This document shows positions 40,854-53,488 of a stretch of DNA of 64,000 nt, piece by piece (the stretch's first letter is position 1; every line of letters starts with the position of its first letter). The notes under the pieces were generated by a model that searched no databases, was not told where the DNA came from, and saw only the letters and a program-made list of their open reading frames with translations. Position numbers and translations under genes: made by a program. Source of the stretch: Octopus sinensis (lineage: Eukaryota); NCBI RefSeq assembly GCF_006345805.1, contig NC_043003.1:75082001-75146000 (forward strand). The letters are read 5' to 3'.

Positions 40854-41555
40854 CATTATTATTATTGATTTGGTTAGTGTGATCTCATATATCACTTCAT
40901 ATTATTACAATTTTAGCAAAGCTATTTCTTGAAATATCTCCCCTGACTCTCTCTACGTTTGTCTCTTTAGATTTGATCATTTTTTTAGTGGCATCTTTAT
41001 GACTGTGACACACTATCATTTTTACTTATCACTTTTTCATTCCTTCCCTCTCTTTCCTTATCTGTTTATCCGTGTTTACCTCTCCCTGCACATATTTCTT
41101 AATTTGTTTATCGGTCTCTCTGCCACACTCTTACCAAGCTTTGATTTCTCACAGTTGTTGTCGGTAAATAATTTTTTTTAATATTCATCAACTTACATTG
41201 GTCCCTGTAGAAGTTGAAGTAATCCACTTAAATGTAAATCTCTTATCTCCTTTATCCGATGTAACATTAACTTCCCTTGCGTGTCTCTGTCGCTGTAGGA
41301 AGAGATAGCTTTCTGCATAAGAACAAACAAGAAAAAAAGGCTCACGAATCCTTAATTTTAGCGAGGAAATAGGAACACACACACACACACACAAACGCAC
41401 ACACAAACACACATACATTGACACACAACTACTTGATTAAATTCATAAACAAAAATACATACACGAAGAAGCTAGCTACTTTACGTTCGATGAAACCAAT
41501 ACTCATATCTGCAAACGATATTGAATATCTATCTATCTATCTATGTATCTATCTA

Positions 41556-41768
<213 letters not shown>

Positions 41769-42234
41769 CTATTTATCTACCTATATGTTTGTCTGTCTAT
41801 TTATAGATAAGATAAGAGAAGAAGTAAACTATGATCGTTCAATACTAATGATCAACATCTAATTGCTACATGTTGCTCCAGTCCTTCTCTCATCTTATCT
41901 GAATATATTAAAGCACAGTTTACCTTTTAAATTACCGGCTTCTGTTCGTCTATACGCAGGTAGTAAAGCAGTAGTGCCTACGGATACGTTTATCCCTTAG
42001 ACGCTTGCATTACCTCTAACTCATAATTGATATATATATATATATATAATATATATATTATATATATATATATACATACAGGGATAATTCCTACGTGCAA
42101 AGATGTGTAAAATTATGTACCTTTCCTGGAGCATTAGAGCACTTTAGCTATTTTTCCTAGCAATGTACCCATAATGTCCTAATACCCCTAATCGCATTAG
42201 TGGCAAAGACAAATATAGTTTTCCTTTACACACG

Positions 42235-42293
<59 letters not shown>

Positions 42294-42319
42294 GTATATA
42301 TGTGTATATATATACACTT

Positions 42320-42529
42320 TTACTCATACTTGTTTCAGTCATTTGACACTGGCCATGTTGGAGCACCACCTTTAATTGAGCAAATCGACCCCAGGATTTA
42401 TTCTTTGTAAGACTAGTACTTATTCTATCGGTTTCTTTTGCCGAACAGCTACATTACAGGGACGTAAACACACCAGTTGTCAAAAGATGTTGAGGGGACA
42501 AACACAGACACGCAAACACATACACACGT

Positions 42530-42573
<44 letters not shown>

Positions 42574-42737
42574 TACGACGGGCTTCTTTCAGATTCCGGC
42601 TACCAAATGCATTTACAAATCTTTCATCGGCCCGAGGCTATTGTAGAAAACGCTTGCCCAAAGTTGCCAAGCAGTGGGACTGAACCTACAGATATGTAAT
42701 TCGTAAGGAAGCTACTTACCGCACAGCCACTCCTGCG

Positions 42738-42740
<3 letters not shown>
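42320..42740 (-). mobile_element. SINE family 1 copy
   Basis: Reverse complement reads GGCGCAGGAGTGGCTGTGCGGTAAG...GGTTCAGTCCC...tail ...AAATGACTGAAACAAGTA. Confidence 0.9.
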
Positions 42741-42798
<58 letters not shown>

Positions 42799-42810
42799 TA
42801 TATATATATA

Positions 42811-44673
42811 TAACAATTAAGGAACGGCCATAATAGGCCATTCACCCACTAGAAATAACAGCCAAAGCTTCTACCGCAAATAAAGATTAATTCCGTAAAC
42901 AGGAGAAAATTAAAAAAACATTTACCCTGTAATTTCTTGTACGGTATACCGTTTCATCCGCTGTTAATGGTATACTAACCTGATTAAATTAAATCAAGCC
43001 AATCATCCATAAGCCCTCGGATTCTTCAGCAAGAAATAGCTCAAGACGGAACAGATATATACACGAGGCATACCCAATCTTGCCAAGTCAATATCTGACC
43101 TAAAATTTTCAAATCGTCGCACTCGCGCCAAATTTATCGGCAGCAAATAAATATCAGCCGTCGATTCCATTACGGAATTAACCAAAAAATTCATAATTAA
43201 TCAATATAGGGTGGCAAGGAAAATTTTGTAGAACTTTATTGCCACCAGCGGCCCAGCGGGAAAAAAATTAAATAGTCATAGACCATTTTTAAGTTCAACA
43301 TTAACAATTAAGGAACGGCCATAATAGGCCATTCACCCACTAGAAATAACAGCCAAAGCTTCTAACGCAAATAAAGATTAATTCCGTAAACAGGAGAAAA
43401 TTAAAAAAACATTTACCCTGCAATTTCTTGTACGGTATACCGTTTCATCCGCTGTTTAATGGTATACTAACCTGATTAAATTAAATCAAGCCAATCTTCC
43501 ATAAGCCCTCGGATTCTTCAGCAAGAAATAGCTCAAGACGGAACAGATATATACACGAGGCATACCCAATCTTGCCAAGTCAATATCTGACCTAAAATTT
43601 TCAAATCGTCGCACTCGCGCCAAATTTATCGGCAGCAAATAAATATCAGCCGTCGATTCCATTACGGAATTAACCAAAAAATTCATAATTAATCAATATA
43701 GGGTGGCAAGGAAAATTTTGTAGAATTTTATTGCCACCAGCGGCCCAGCGGGAAAAAAATTAAATAGTCATAGACCATTTTTAAGTTCAACATTAACAAT
43801 TAAGGAACGGCCATAATAGGCCATTCACCCACTAGAAATAACAGCCAAAGCTTCTACCGCAAATAAAGATTAATTCCGTAAACAGGAGAAAATTACAAAA
43901 ACATTTACCCTGTAATTTCTTGTACGGTATACCGTTTCATCCGCTGTTTAATGGTATACTAACCTGATTAAATTAAATCAAGCCAATCTTCCATAAGCCC
44001 TCGGATTCTTCAGCAAGAAATAGCTCAAAACGGAACAGATATATACACGAGGCATACCCAATCTTGCCAAGTCAATATCTGACCTAAAATTTTCAAATCG
44101 TCGCACTCGCGCCAAATTTATCGGCAGCAAATAAATATCAGCCGTCGATTCCATTACGGAATTAACCAAAAAATTCATAATTAATCAATATAGGGTGGCA
44201 AGGAAAATTTTGTAGAATTTTATTGCCACCAGCGGCCCAGCGGGAAAAAAATTAAATAGTCATAGACCATTTTTAAGTTCAACATTAACAATTAAGGAAC
44301 GGCCATAATAGGCCATTCACCCACTAGAAATTACAGCCAAAGCTTCTACCGCAAATAAAGATTAATTCCGTAAACAGGAGAAAATTAAAAAAACATTTAC
44401 CCTGTAATTTCTTGTACGGTATACCGTTTCATCCGCTGTTTAATGGTATACTAACCTGATTAAATTAAATCAAGCCAATCTTCCATAAGCCCTCGGATTC
44501 TTCAGCAAGAAATAGCTCAAGACGGAACAGATATATACACGAGGCATACCCAATCTTGCCAAGTCAATATCTGACCTAAAATTTTCAAATCGTCGCACTC
44601 GCGCCAAATTATCGGCAGCAAATAAATATCAGCCGTCGATTCCATTACGGAATTAACCAAAAAATTCATAATT
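42811..44673 (+). repeat. Head-to-tail array of a 492-bp unit, forward arm (3 full copies plus 1 partial)
   Basis: TAACAATTAAGGAACGGCC starts at 42811, 43302, 43794 and 44286. Copies differ at only a few positions each. Confidence 0.98.
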
Positions 44674-44676
44674 TTT

Positions 44677-45715
44677 GCCGCTGGTGGCAATAAAATTCTA
44701 CAAAATTTTCCTTGCCACCCTATATTGATTAATTATGAATTTTTTGGTTAATTCCGTAATGGAATCGACGGCTGATATTTATTTGCTGCCGATAAATTTG
44801 GCGCGAGTGCGACGATTTGAAAATTTTAGGTCAGATATTGACTTGGCAAGATTGGGTATGCCTCGTGTATATATCTGTTCCGTCTTGAGCTATTTCTTGC
44901 TGAAGAATCCGAGGGCTTATGGAAGATTGGCTTGATTTAATTTAATCAGGTTAGTATACCATTAAACAGCGGATGAAACGGTATACCGTACAAGAAATTA
45001 CAGGGTAAATGTTTTTTTAATTTTCTCCTGTTTACGGAATTAATCTTTATTTGCGGTAGAAGCTTTGGCTGTTATTTCTAGTGGGTGAATGGCCTATTAT
45101 GGCCGTTCCTTAATTGTTAATGTTGAACTTAAAAATGGTCTATGACTATTTAATTTTTTTCCCGCTGGGCCGCTGGTGGCAATAAAATTCTACAAAATTT
45201 TCCTTGCCACCCTATATTGATTAATTATGAATTTTTTGGTTAATTCCGTAATGGAATCGACGGCTGATATTTATTTGCTGCCGATAAATTTGGCGCGAGT
45301 GCGACGATTTGAAAATTTTAGGTCAGATATTGACTTGGCAAGATTGGGTATGCCTCGTGTATATATCTGTTCCGTCTTGAGCTATTTCTTGCTGAAGAAT
45401 CCGAGGGCTTATGGAAGATTGGCTTGATTTAATTTAATCAGGTTAGTATACCATTAAACAGCGGATGAAACGGTATACCGTACAAGAAATTACAGGGTAA
45501 ATGTTTTTTTAATTTTCTCCTGTTTACGGAATTAATCTTTATTTGCGGTAGAAGCTTTGGCTGTTATTTCTAGTGGGTGAATGGCCTATTATGGCCGTTC
45601 CTTAATTGTTAATGTTGAACTTAAAAATGGTCTATGACTATTTAATTTTTTTCCCGCTGGGCCGCTGGTGCAATAAAGTTCTACAAAATTTTCCTTGCCA
45701 CCCTATATTGATTAA
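44677..45715 (-). repeat. Same 492-bp unit, inverted arm (partial, full, partial)
   Basis: GGCCGTTCCTTAATTGTTA ends at 45119 and 45611. The arm stops at ...CCCTATATTGATTAA and runs into (TA)n. Confidence 0.98.
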
Positions 45716-45721
45716 ATATAT

Positions 45722-45787
<66 letters not shown>

Positions 45788-45884
45788 CATATATATATGT
45801 GTATATATTTACATATATATTATACATATATATTTACATATATATATATATATATACATATATATTTACATATATATATATATT

Positions 45885-45921
<37 letters not shown>

Positions 45922-46089
45922 AGTATATATGTATATATATATATACATATATATATATATTATATATTATATATGTATGCATATATATGTGTATGTGTGT
46001 ATATATACACACACAGATATATATATGTATATATCAAGTGATCACGTGACCGACCAGACCATCAGATGTTGTTACACATCGCTGGTCAC

Positions 46090-46330
46090 AATGGAGTCGC
46101 AATGGCCTAGTGGTTAGGGCAGCGGACTCGCGGTCGCAGGATTGTGGTTTCGATTCCCAGACCGGGCGTTGTGTGTGTTTATTGAGCGAAAACACCTAAA
46201 AGCTCCACGAGGCTCCGACAGGGGGGGGTGATCCCTGCTGTACTCTTTCATCACTCTTTCTCCCACTCTTTTTTCTGTTGGCCTGCTCGCTTATCCAGCG
46301 GGGTGGCGTCATTCGAAGGCTAAAACAACA
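46090..46330 (+). mobile_element. tRNA-derived SINE family 3
   Basis: TGGCCTAGTGG (A box)...GGTTTCGATTCCC (B box-like). A degenerate second copy lies at 49160-49255. Confidence 0.8.
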
Positions 46331-46789
46331 ACAACAATATGTATATATATATTGTGGTGTCCTGTACTCACGTATAATTATTTATATACGCATGTATATA
46401 TACATGTAGATGTAGGTACGTACATATATGTTTGTATGTATGCATATATTTTTTATTTATCACACATATATATATATATATATATATTTTAATACAGTTT
46501 CCGTCCACCAAATCCAGTCAAATGGCTTCGGTCATCCTGACGGTAGTAGAAGACACTTTACCAAGATGCTACGCAGAGGGAATCTGAACCCAGAACGCAA
46601 GCTTCTTTATTTGGTATAGATTTGCCATACGGGCATTCAGTGAGGGGGCAAACAAGGCAGACAAAAATTAAGGGTGAAGAAGATTTTACGATTTAAAAAT
46701 ATCAAATCAATAGAATAAAAACATGAATCGATGAAATATGCAATATTTTTTTATATTTTAAATAAGTCATTGCGTTCCGCAATGAGGGA

Positions 46790-47170
46790 CGTTGAAAGAA
46801 AAGCACCCGGCCATCTGGGTAGAACCTTTACTTTTTAACCCAACCTCAATTACCTGGTGCCAATGGCACCCAGTTTGCTCAAAACAGGCTTCCATCTTTC
46901 CAAAAACATATCTCGTGACAGACACTTCTCCAGCTTGATCTTTCTACCGAGATGGTAACTAAAAAACTTAACCAGTACCTGTCACTCTACCTTTCACACG
47001 CTTCTTCCATACTGTTTCTTTCAGTAGGGCTACTACGCAAAGAAACCAAACGTTCCTTTCCCTATTAAGTAAAGGATGGGTGGCACAATCTCGATGATAG
47101 ACTCAGCTGGTAGCAGTACTCTTCCCATCACTGACAACAGTTGTTCGACAAACGCTATCAGTACCGATAA
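46790..47170 (-). pseudogene. L1/Tx1-like LINE ORF2 C-terminal relic
   Basis: FVEQLLSVMGRVLLPAESIIEIVPP...KETVWKKRVKG...YHLGRKIKLEKCLSRDMFLERW resembles the Tx1-type C-terminus. Confidence 0.55.
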
Positions 47171-47195
47171 CTCGGTTCTGATGTATGTATGTATG

Positions 47196-47229
<34 letters not shown>

Positions 47230-47812
47230 TGTATGTATGTATGTATGTATGTATGTATGTATGTATGTATATATATATATATTTATATACATGCAAACAC
47301 ATAGAAGTTTTTGTTTCCCATCAGAAACGTTCAGATGTTATAATTTTAATAAATACATATCTTTCTGTGTTACACACGTAGAAAGGAGAGAAGGGGGTAA
47401 AAAACGAAAAACACGTCCTCATTATCTTTCGTGTCCTACGTATGGAAAACGATTTTAGAGCTTACATTTTTGTTCTTTGTTTGTAATGCAACCGAAAGTG
47501 GCTTTGTAGAAACATGTCTCATTTTTATCTAACTGCCTTGCACTGTTGTCCAAATTATCTTATGAAAATGAAGGTTATCATTCTGTTAGTTTCATAAAGA
47601 TTGGATAATTGATGGATCGATTAGCTAGGTTGCCTAAACAATGAATGAAATTCAACACGTAAATCATCGTCCTTCAAACAAAAACATGAAATAAAATATA
47701 GATGAATATAAACAATGTTGGTTAGGTGTCTTTAGTTACTCACTCGTAGCCCTGTATGCAATCGCGCGCGTATACATGCGTAAATGTTATTTGCTTACAA
47801 CGACGACATATG

Positions 47813-47847
<35 letters not shown>

Positions 47848-48443
47848 TATATACATATGACGTAAGGTTTTGTAGTATTGCTGTTACTTTAGGTTTAAAC
47901 TGCATTGTTACTTATATGAATTCCTGGTAATTGATTTGGGAGAATTTGATACTTCATGATTCAAACGATTGGCAATGCATTAGCTGCCTCTCCATTTCTG
48001 TATTTGCAAATAATTTCCCATTCACATCGTTTCCAAAGTATAGTAATAAACACCAAAAGCCTGTCAACAGCCCTCGCGTGCTTGTGGTGTATTAAATTTA
48101 TTTACTGCATGTCAATACTGTCCACCTGTGATAAAGGCGAACATTAGCTTAATGTTGGGGCTAAGAAAGAAGCGACGTTGTTCTGTATAATGGCCAAACT
48201 AAACAAATTTCAGTATATCTCTCTCTCTTTCCCTTTGCTTTAGCAGTTGACTGATTTCGGCTCTAAGGAAGAAAACACTGTGCTGGTGCCTCTCTATTGA
48301 ACCATGGACACACTCAAATGCATATTTAAGGCAGCTATAACTACAATAAATAAACTATATGTAAATAAACTATTGTCTCTCTAACTTTCTGTTTTACATA
48401 CATACATAGATATATGAATATATATATATATATACATATACGC

Positions 48444-48476
<33 letters not shown>

Positions 48477-48567
48477 TATACATATGTATGTATATATATT
48501 TGTATATATATATACATATATATATATATTATATATATACAAATATATATACATACGTATGTATATA

Positions 48568-48607
<40 letters not shown>

Positions 48608-48679
48608 TATATATATTACCTGTCTAATTATCTCTCTATCCTCTATCTCTGTCTGTCTCTCTATATGTGCGCATATATA

Positions 48680-48900
48680 TATAATAAAATGCCATATACG
48701 ATTAAATGGTAAAAATTCGAAACATCCGCACCCTCAAAGCGACATAGGCTTTGTTTGGCTGAAGGAGCACAAATATTGCTCCTGCAAAAAAATGATAATA
48801 GGTAAATAAACTCAATATTGAACTCAATGTCGCAGATGTTTACGGGTTGCAGACACATGCAAAAATTTTTTTTGAAAAATTGGACAATACCACACTCTCA
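48680..48900 (+). pseudogene. Penelope-like (Neptune-type) C-terminal relic
   Basis: PYTIKW...HRLCLAE...LNSMSQMFTGCRHMQKFF matches the CxLCLxEK...CRHxxKF tail pattern. Confidence 0.7.
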
Positions 48901-49568
48901 GAATTGACATTACCCCGACCTTATAATTTAAAGACTGAAGAAGTTAGATCTCTTACCACTATAGTTTCCCCCACTTTATTTTAGTATATTATTTACAATT
49001 ATTTTATTTATCCTTATGAATTTTATAAAGTTTTATATTCCTGACATTTTTATCTTAGATTTTATACATTCATTTTTCATATACATTGTCATTTTCCTTA
49101 GAAAATTTTCTGTTAATTAATATTTAATTTCGTACATTTTTACATTTACATCGTGGATGTGAATAGCCCAGTTGTTAGGGCAGCGAACTAGCAATCGATT
49201 CCCAGACCGGGCGATATGAGTGTTTATTAAGCGTAAACACCTGAATCTCTACGAGGAAACTTTGTCATCGTACTCGACGGAGTGCTACATTTACATCTGG
49301 CCTCCTAGTTTCGTTTTCCGGTTAGAAGTATGGATTTTCTGTATGCTACTCTTTTTCATGTCTTTTTCGCGTATTCACACGCCCTACGTCATATTTAATA
49401 TTCATATGTAAGCACGCAGAACCTGTTTGTATTTGGAGACACTTAAAACTATTAAGAGCAACGGAAGATACGTTTTATGATCCTTAAACTGCAATTTGAT
49501 ACTCAGTAAATGGAGTAATCTTTTTGTTGAATTACACCACGAAGAAATACATTATACATACATGCATA

Positions 49569-49627
<59 letters not shown>

Positions 49628-49629
49628 CG

Positions 49630-49990
49630 CCATACTTCCACTCACGCCTGCTTTATTTAATTCGTCCTTAGTCGAAAAACTTATGTTGCTATGTCCTGTT
49701 ATTTATATTTGTGTAATATTTCAGTTTTTTTCCGTCCTTGTTTCGTATACATTCGCTGTTTTTGTCCAGGGAATGTAATGCTCTTAGGTCATTTTTCCTT
49801 GGGGCTGGCTAGATTGGAGCAATCACGATTTTAACCAACCGAAATTGCAAAGATGGTATGGAACACGACTGAGAATAGAAAACTCCAAATGATCCGTCCT
49901 TGTTTTCCTTGTATCGTGTCTGGATATTTTGTTTTCCTTCTTTTTGTTTCAACTAACTGTCTGGATAGTTTGTGTTCTTGACGCATTTTT
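49630..49990. repeat. Interspersed repeat, same family as 2935-3140
   Basis: Direct sequence similarity with 2935-3140. Confidence 0.7.
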
Positions 49991-50004
49991 TTATTATATA
50001 TATT

Positions 50005-50047
<43 letters not shown>

Positions 50048-50055
50048 ATGTGTGT

Positions 50056-50098
<43 letters not shown>

Positions 50099-50099
50099 C

Positions 50100-50520
50100 A
50101 TGAATTTTTGTGTAATGAGATAAAAAAAACCCAGGCTGTATAGATATGAGAGCATTTATAGATAGAAGGTCTTACAACTGTTTCTAGAATATTAATTAAT
50201 GATAATATCTCTTCATCGGAGACGCTGTGAGAGGAAAAGTTAAGTCATAGTTAGTTTCGATGTGATATAAATAGAGAGTCAGTGAGGTAGAGGAAAGAAA
50301 ATTGATGTAAGATATGTATGGTTATTGAGTTCATAAATCCGTTTTATAGTCATAATGGTATATATGTGTATTATTCCAATATCCTTTGAGTAAAATCCAA
50401 AAGTCCAACAGAGTTTAATATGAGTCCATCCAAATGTAAAGTTTATAAGGAATTTAAGATTCTCTTAAAGTCGGTCCTTCCCAGCAGGGAACTTATAAAT
50501 ACTAACGCTGTATAAAATTG
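50100..50520 (-). mobile_element. PLE-type 3' fragment with a family B hammerhead at 50169-50223 (core mutated to CCGAUGA)
   Basis: Minus strand GUCU-CCGAUGA-AGAGAUAUU...AAUAUUCU-A-GAAA-CAGUUG-UA-AGAC is homologous to 29144-29191. Confidence 0.75.
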
Positions 50521-50589
50521 TTAAATAAGAGAAAATAAATTTTGAGAATAAACAAGTCTCCATAATCTATTTCATTATTACTAATACAA

Positions 50590-51390
50590 CTGTTCATCGT
50601 CATCTTCAACAACTTGGAAAGGTTCCTAAACTTGGAAAATGGGTGTCTCATGAATTGTCCGAAAGCAACCGCAAATCCCGAGTTGATATCCGTTCTCCCT
50701 TCTCGCGGGCTCATTTCACTATTTTTGGATAAACATGTGACTGGTGACGAAAAATGGATCTTCTATCGAAACGCTAAACGTCATAAACAGTGGCTTTCTA
50801 AAAGGGAAAAAAGCTTAACCACAACCGAGAAGGGAACTTCATAGGAAAAATATTCTTCTCTCTAATTTGTGGTATTGAAAAGAAGAGATTCACTTTGAAT
50901 TGTCACTACCTAATGCAACAATCTATACTGAAGTCTACTGTCAGCAATTATAGCTATTGAACCAAGGTTTAAAGCAAAAAAAAACCCTGTTTTAGTGAAT
51001 CGGATTTATATTTCATCAGGACAATGCACGACCCCACACTGCAAAGATTAAATCACAGAAGATCGAAGATCTTGATTGTAAAAAAATTCCTTATTCATCT
51101 TATTCTCCCGACCTTGCATCTTCAGACTGCCATTTGTTTCTTAGTTTACAGAAGCATTTGGGGGACATATATCTTTCACAAGCAAGGAGGAGGTCGAAAT
51201 TAACGTTTCAGAGTTCTTCGCCTTAAAACCTAAAGTTTTACATTGGTGGGATTATAAAGCCTGTAAGTAGATGGAAGGATGTCATAGATAATCAGGGAAA
51301 GTGAATTGAGGATTAAATTTCAATTAAATATAACTTTTGATCACTTGTTTTCTTTATTCAAAATTCGGACAAAACTTATGGGATGATCTG
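50590..51390 (+). pseudogene. Mariner (Tc1/mariner) transposase relic with 3' TIR
   Basis: KLGKWVSHEL, VTGDEKWIFY, FHQDNARPH, YSPDLASSD and RWKDVIDNQG occur in order. TIR-like AACTTATGGGATGATCTGA at about 51373-51391. Confidence 0.93.
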
Positions 51391-51397
51391 ACATGTT

Positions 51398-51462
<65 letters not shown>

Positions 51463-51507
51463 GATCCACATGGCTGCAGCCAAATCTCTGAAACAAGTGA
51501 AAAAATA

Positions 51508-51780
51508 TATAAATCAGTAGCCCGCTCTTCATCATGTTAACTGTAATGTCATTTTTTGTTTCTATTAAGGCGGTGAGCTGGCAGAAATGTTAGCACGCCG
51601 AGCGAAATGCTTAGCAGTATTTTTTCTGCTGCTACGTTCTGTGTTCAAATTCCGCCGAGGTCGACTTTGCCTTTTATTCTTTCGGGGTCGATAAATTAAG
51701 TACCACTTGTGCACTGGTGTTGATGCAGTCGGATGCCTCCTCATCCTAAATTTCAGACTATGTGCCTATAGAAGGAAGGG
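51508..51780 (+). mobile_element. SINE family 2 copy
   Basis: GGCGGTGAGCTGGCAGAA...GTTCAAATTCCGCCGAGGTCGACTTTGCC...GGGGTCGATAAATTAAGTACCA. Confidence 0.9.
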
Positions 51781-52689
51781 ATATTTTTTCTAACACAGCA
51801 GATGCAAAATCACAATTGTTTCCTTGAAATATTATGTATGTTCAAATATCACACCGGCCCACGACAGGAGATTCATTAGTTTATGAATATTTTCTGAATT
51901 AGTCACGTAATCTCACATTTCATCTTAGAATAAACCAAAATCAATATTTTTAAATATTCTTGGTTCAAGTTTGAAACGTCAAATAGTAAACACTTTACTT
52001 TTGTTGCGACTGTGAATGAAGGTGCTTTGCGATAGTATGTCAACCTAGTGAAAATAATTGCAAACTTTTCAGGCAGAGTGTTTTTTTGGATTGAAGTAGA
52101 GCGTCACATTAGTGTGTTGGTGGTCTAATATATGAAAATAATTAAATCAGCATACGATAATTTTTAAGAAAATACATGTCTACTTATCATACTGATGGTT
52201 TTCCTTAAGTGAACAAGATGAAAGGTTATACTCTGTTTTATATACACGACAGTCAACTATAAGAATACTGCTATTCGTTGAACTTACTCTAACAATCAGC
52301 TTCAGTATTTTCCACACTAGTTAGACATTCGTATACACCGTGTCTTCGCTTCACGCATGATAAACTTTACAGCAATTACTCATGTTACGTAACAAAGTAA
52401 ATATGATAAAACAGTTTCCACCGCGGATAGGTTCAGTGATTATCTTTTCTAGATTAAGTGCAATTTTTTCTTTAATATGTTACAGGGTACATAACCGAGT
52501 AAATTGATTTCAGTCTTCATTGCTACAATTCTATCTAAATCGATACACAAAGTATAAATATATTATTTATTCATTATTTTTTGTGAATATTAAACTGTTT
52601 GAGCAATAGAGCAGAATAACTTAGCATATTGGTTTCAAATGTTGGCACACGCTCATAATCTTCGGAGAGTGGATTTCTCGATTACATAG

Positions 52690-52830
52690 ACATCATTAAT
52701 CAACTAGTACCCAATACATCGATCCCCGAAGGGGGTGGAACAAAGCCGACTTCATGATATTTGAACACAGAACTTGAAAACGGATGAAACTCGATAAATA
52801 TTTTGCCCGGTTTGCTAACGATTCTGCTAG
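52690..52830 (-). mobile_element. SINE family 2 copy, diverged
   Basis: CGATCCCCGAAGG...AAAGCCGACTTC...TTTGAAC.CAGAAC...GCCCGG...GCTAACGATTCTGC. Confidence 0.7.
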
Positions 52831-53446
52831 TTAAACATAAAACCAATATTAGAATAAAGTGCGTAATAACCGAAATCTGCCTCGGCAAAAGAGAAAGAGA
52901 AATGCTGTTTCATTTCAAATTATGGAATAGAAACTAAAACATTATTTAATTAGGAAACATCTTCCCTTAAATGCAATGCAAATGGATTGGAGGACGTATA
53001 TAACAAGTTAATCTCTGCCTATTTCAATGAAATATAAAATTCTTTCGTCACAACGGTATATAACTTATGTATGCTAGAGAAATAAATTAATCGCACAAAA
53101 ATAAAAGATTTCACATCCACATGAAAACGTGTAAATATATGTGCATATGTATACATTCACATCGAACTCTTGGGGATTTTCGTATATATTATTCTATATG
53201 TTTATGTTATAGCACGGCGAATACATCGTTAATACCCCAATAAGCAGAGTAAGCTGAAGTGTTACTTGATAATTCAAGAAGCATTATCAATCGAAATTGC
53301 ATCATTGACAAATTGCAGTGAGTCTTACTCACACGTCATGCGCAGTAAGAGCATCATTAAGATAAAAGTCATTACTTATATGCCAGTAGAAGCATATAAT
53401 GAAGTCTTCGCTCGATTCTGTGCGAAAGTTTCAGGCACACACACGC

Positions 53447-53488
<42 letters not shown>

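Noticed and set aside
43182-43246. Sm-site-like AATTTTTTGG between two hairpins, suggesting an snRNA or spliced-leader RNA array
   Set aside because: No match to remembered U1, U2, U4, U5 or U7 landmarks and no clear leader/donor. The motif is common in AT-rich DNA. An Rfam search and small-RNA data would settle it.
44895-44935. CTGAAGA...GGAAGA in the 492-bp unit as a hammerhead
   Set aside because: No GAAA after a closable stem II and no stem I/III with a UH site.
43003-45427. 66-aa ORF MNFLVNSVMEST... repeated five times
   Set aside because: It repeats only because the DNA unit repeats. It has no recognisable domain, the unit 1 and unit 4 copies are altered or broken by indels, and an ORF this short is expected by chance.
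42811-45715. Array as a CRISPR locus or as a long-read missed-adapter palindrome
   Set aside because: There are no unique spacers and the context is eukaryotic. The arms are unequal and the right flank does not keep mirroring the left, unlike a simple adapter artefact. A read-level check is still needed.
46090-46165. tRNA gene calls for SINE heads, here and at 33420, 51508 and 61232
   Set aside because: A and B boxes are present, but there is no complete cloverleaf or T-run terminator, and each continues into a repeat body.
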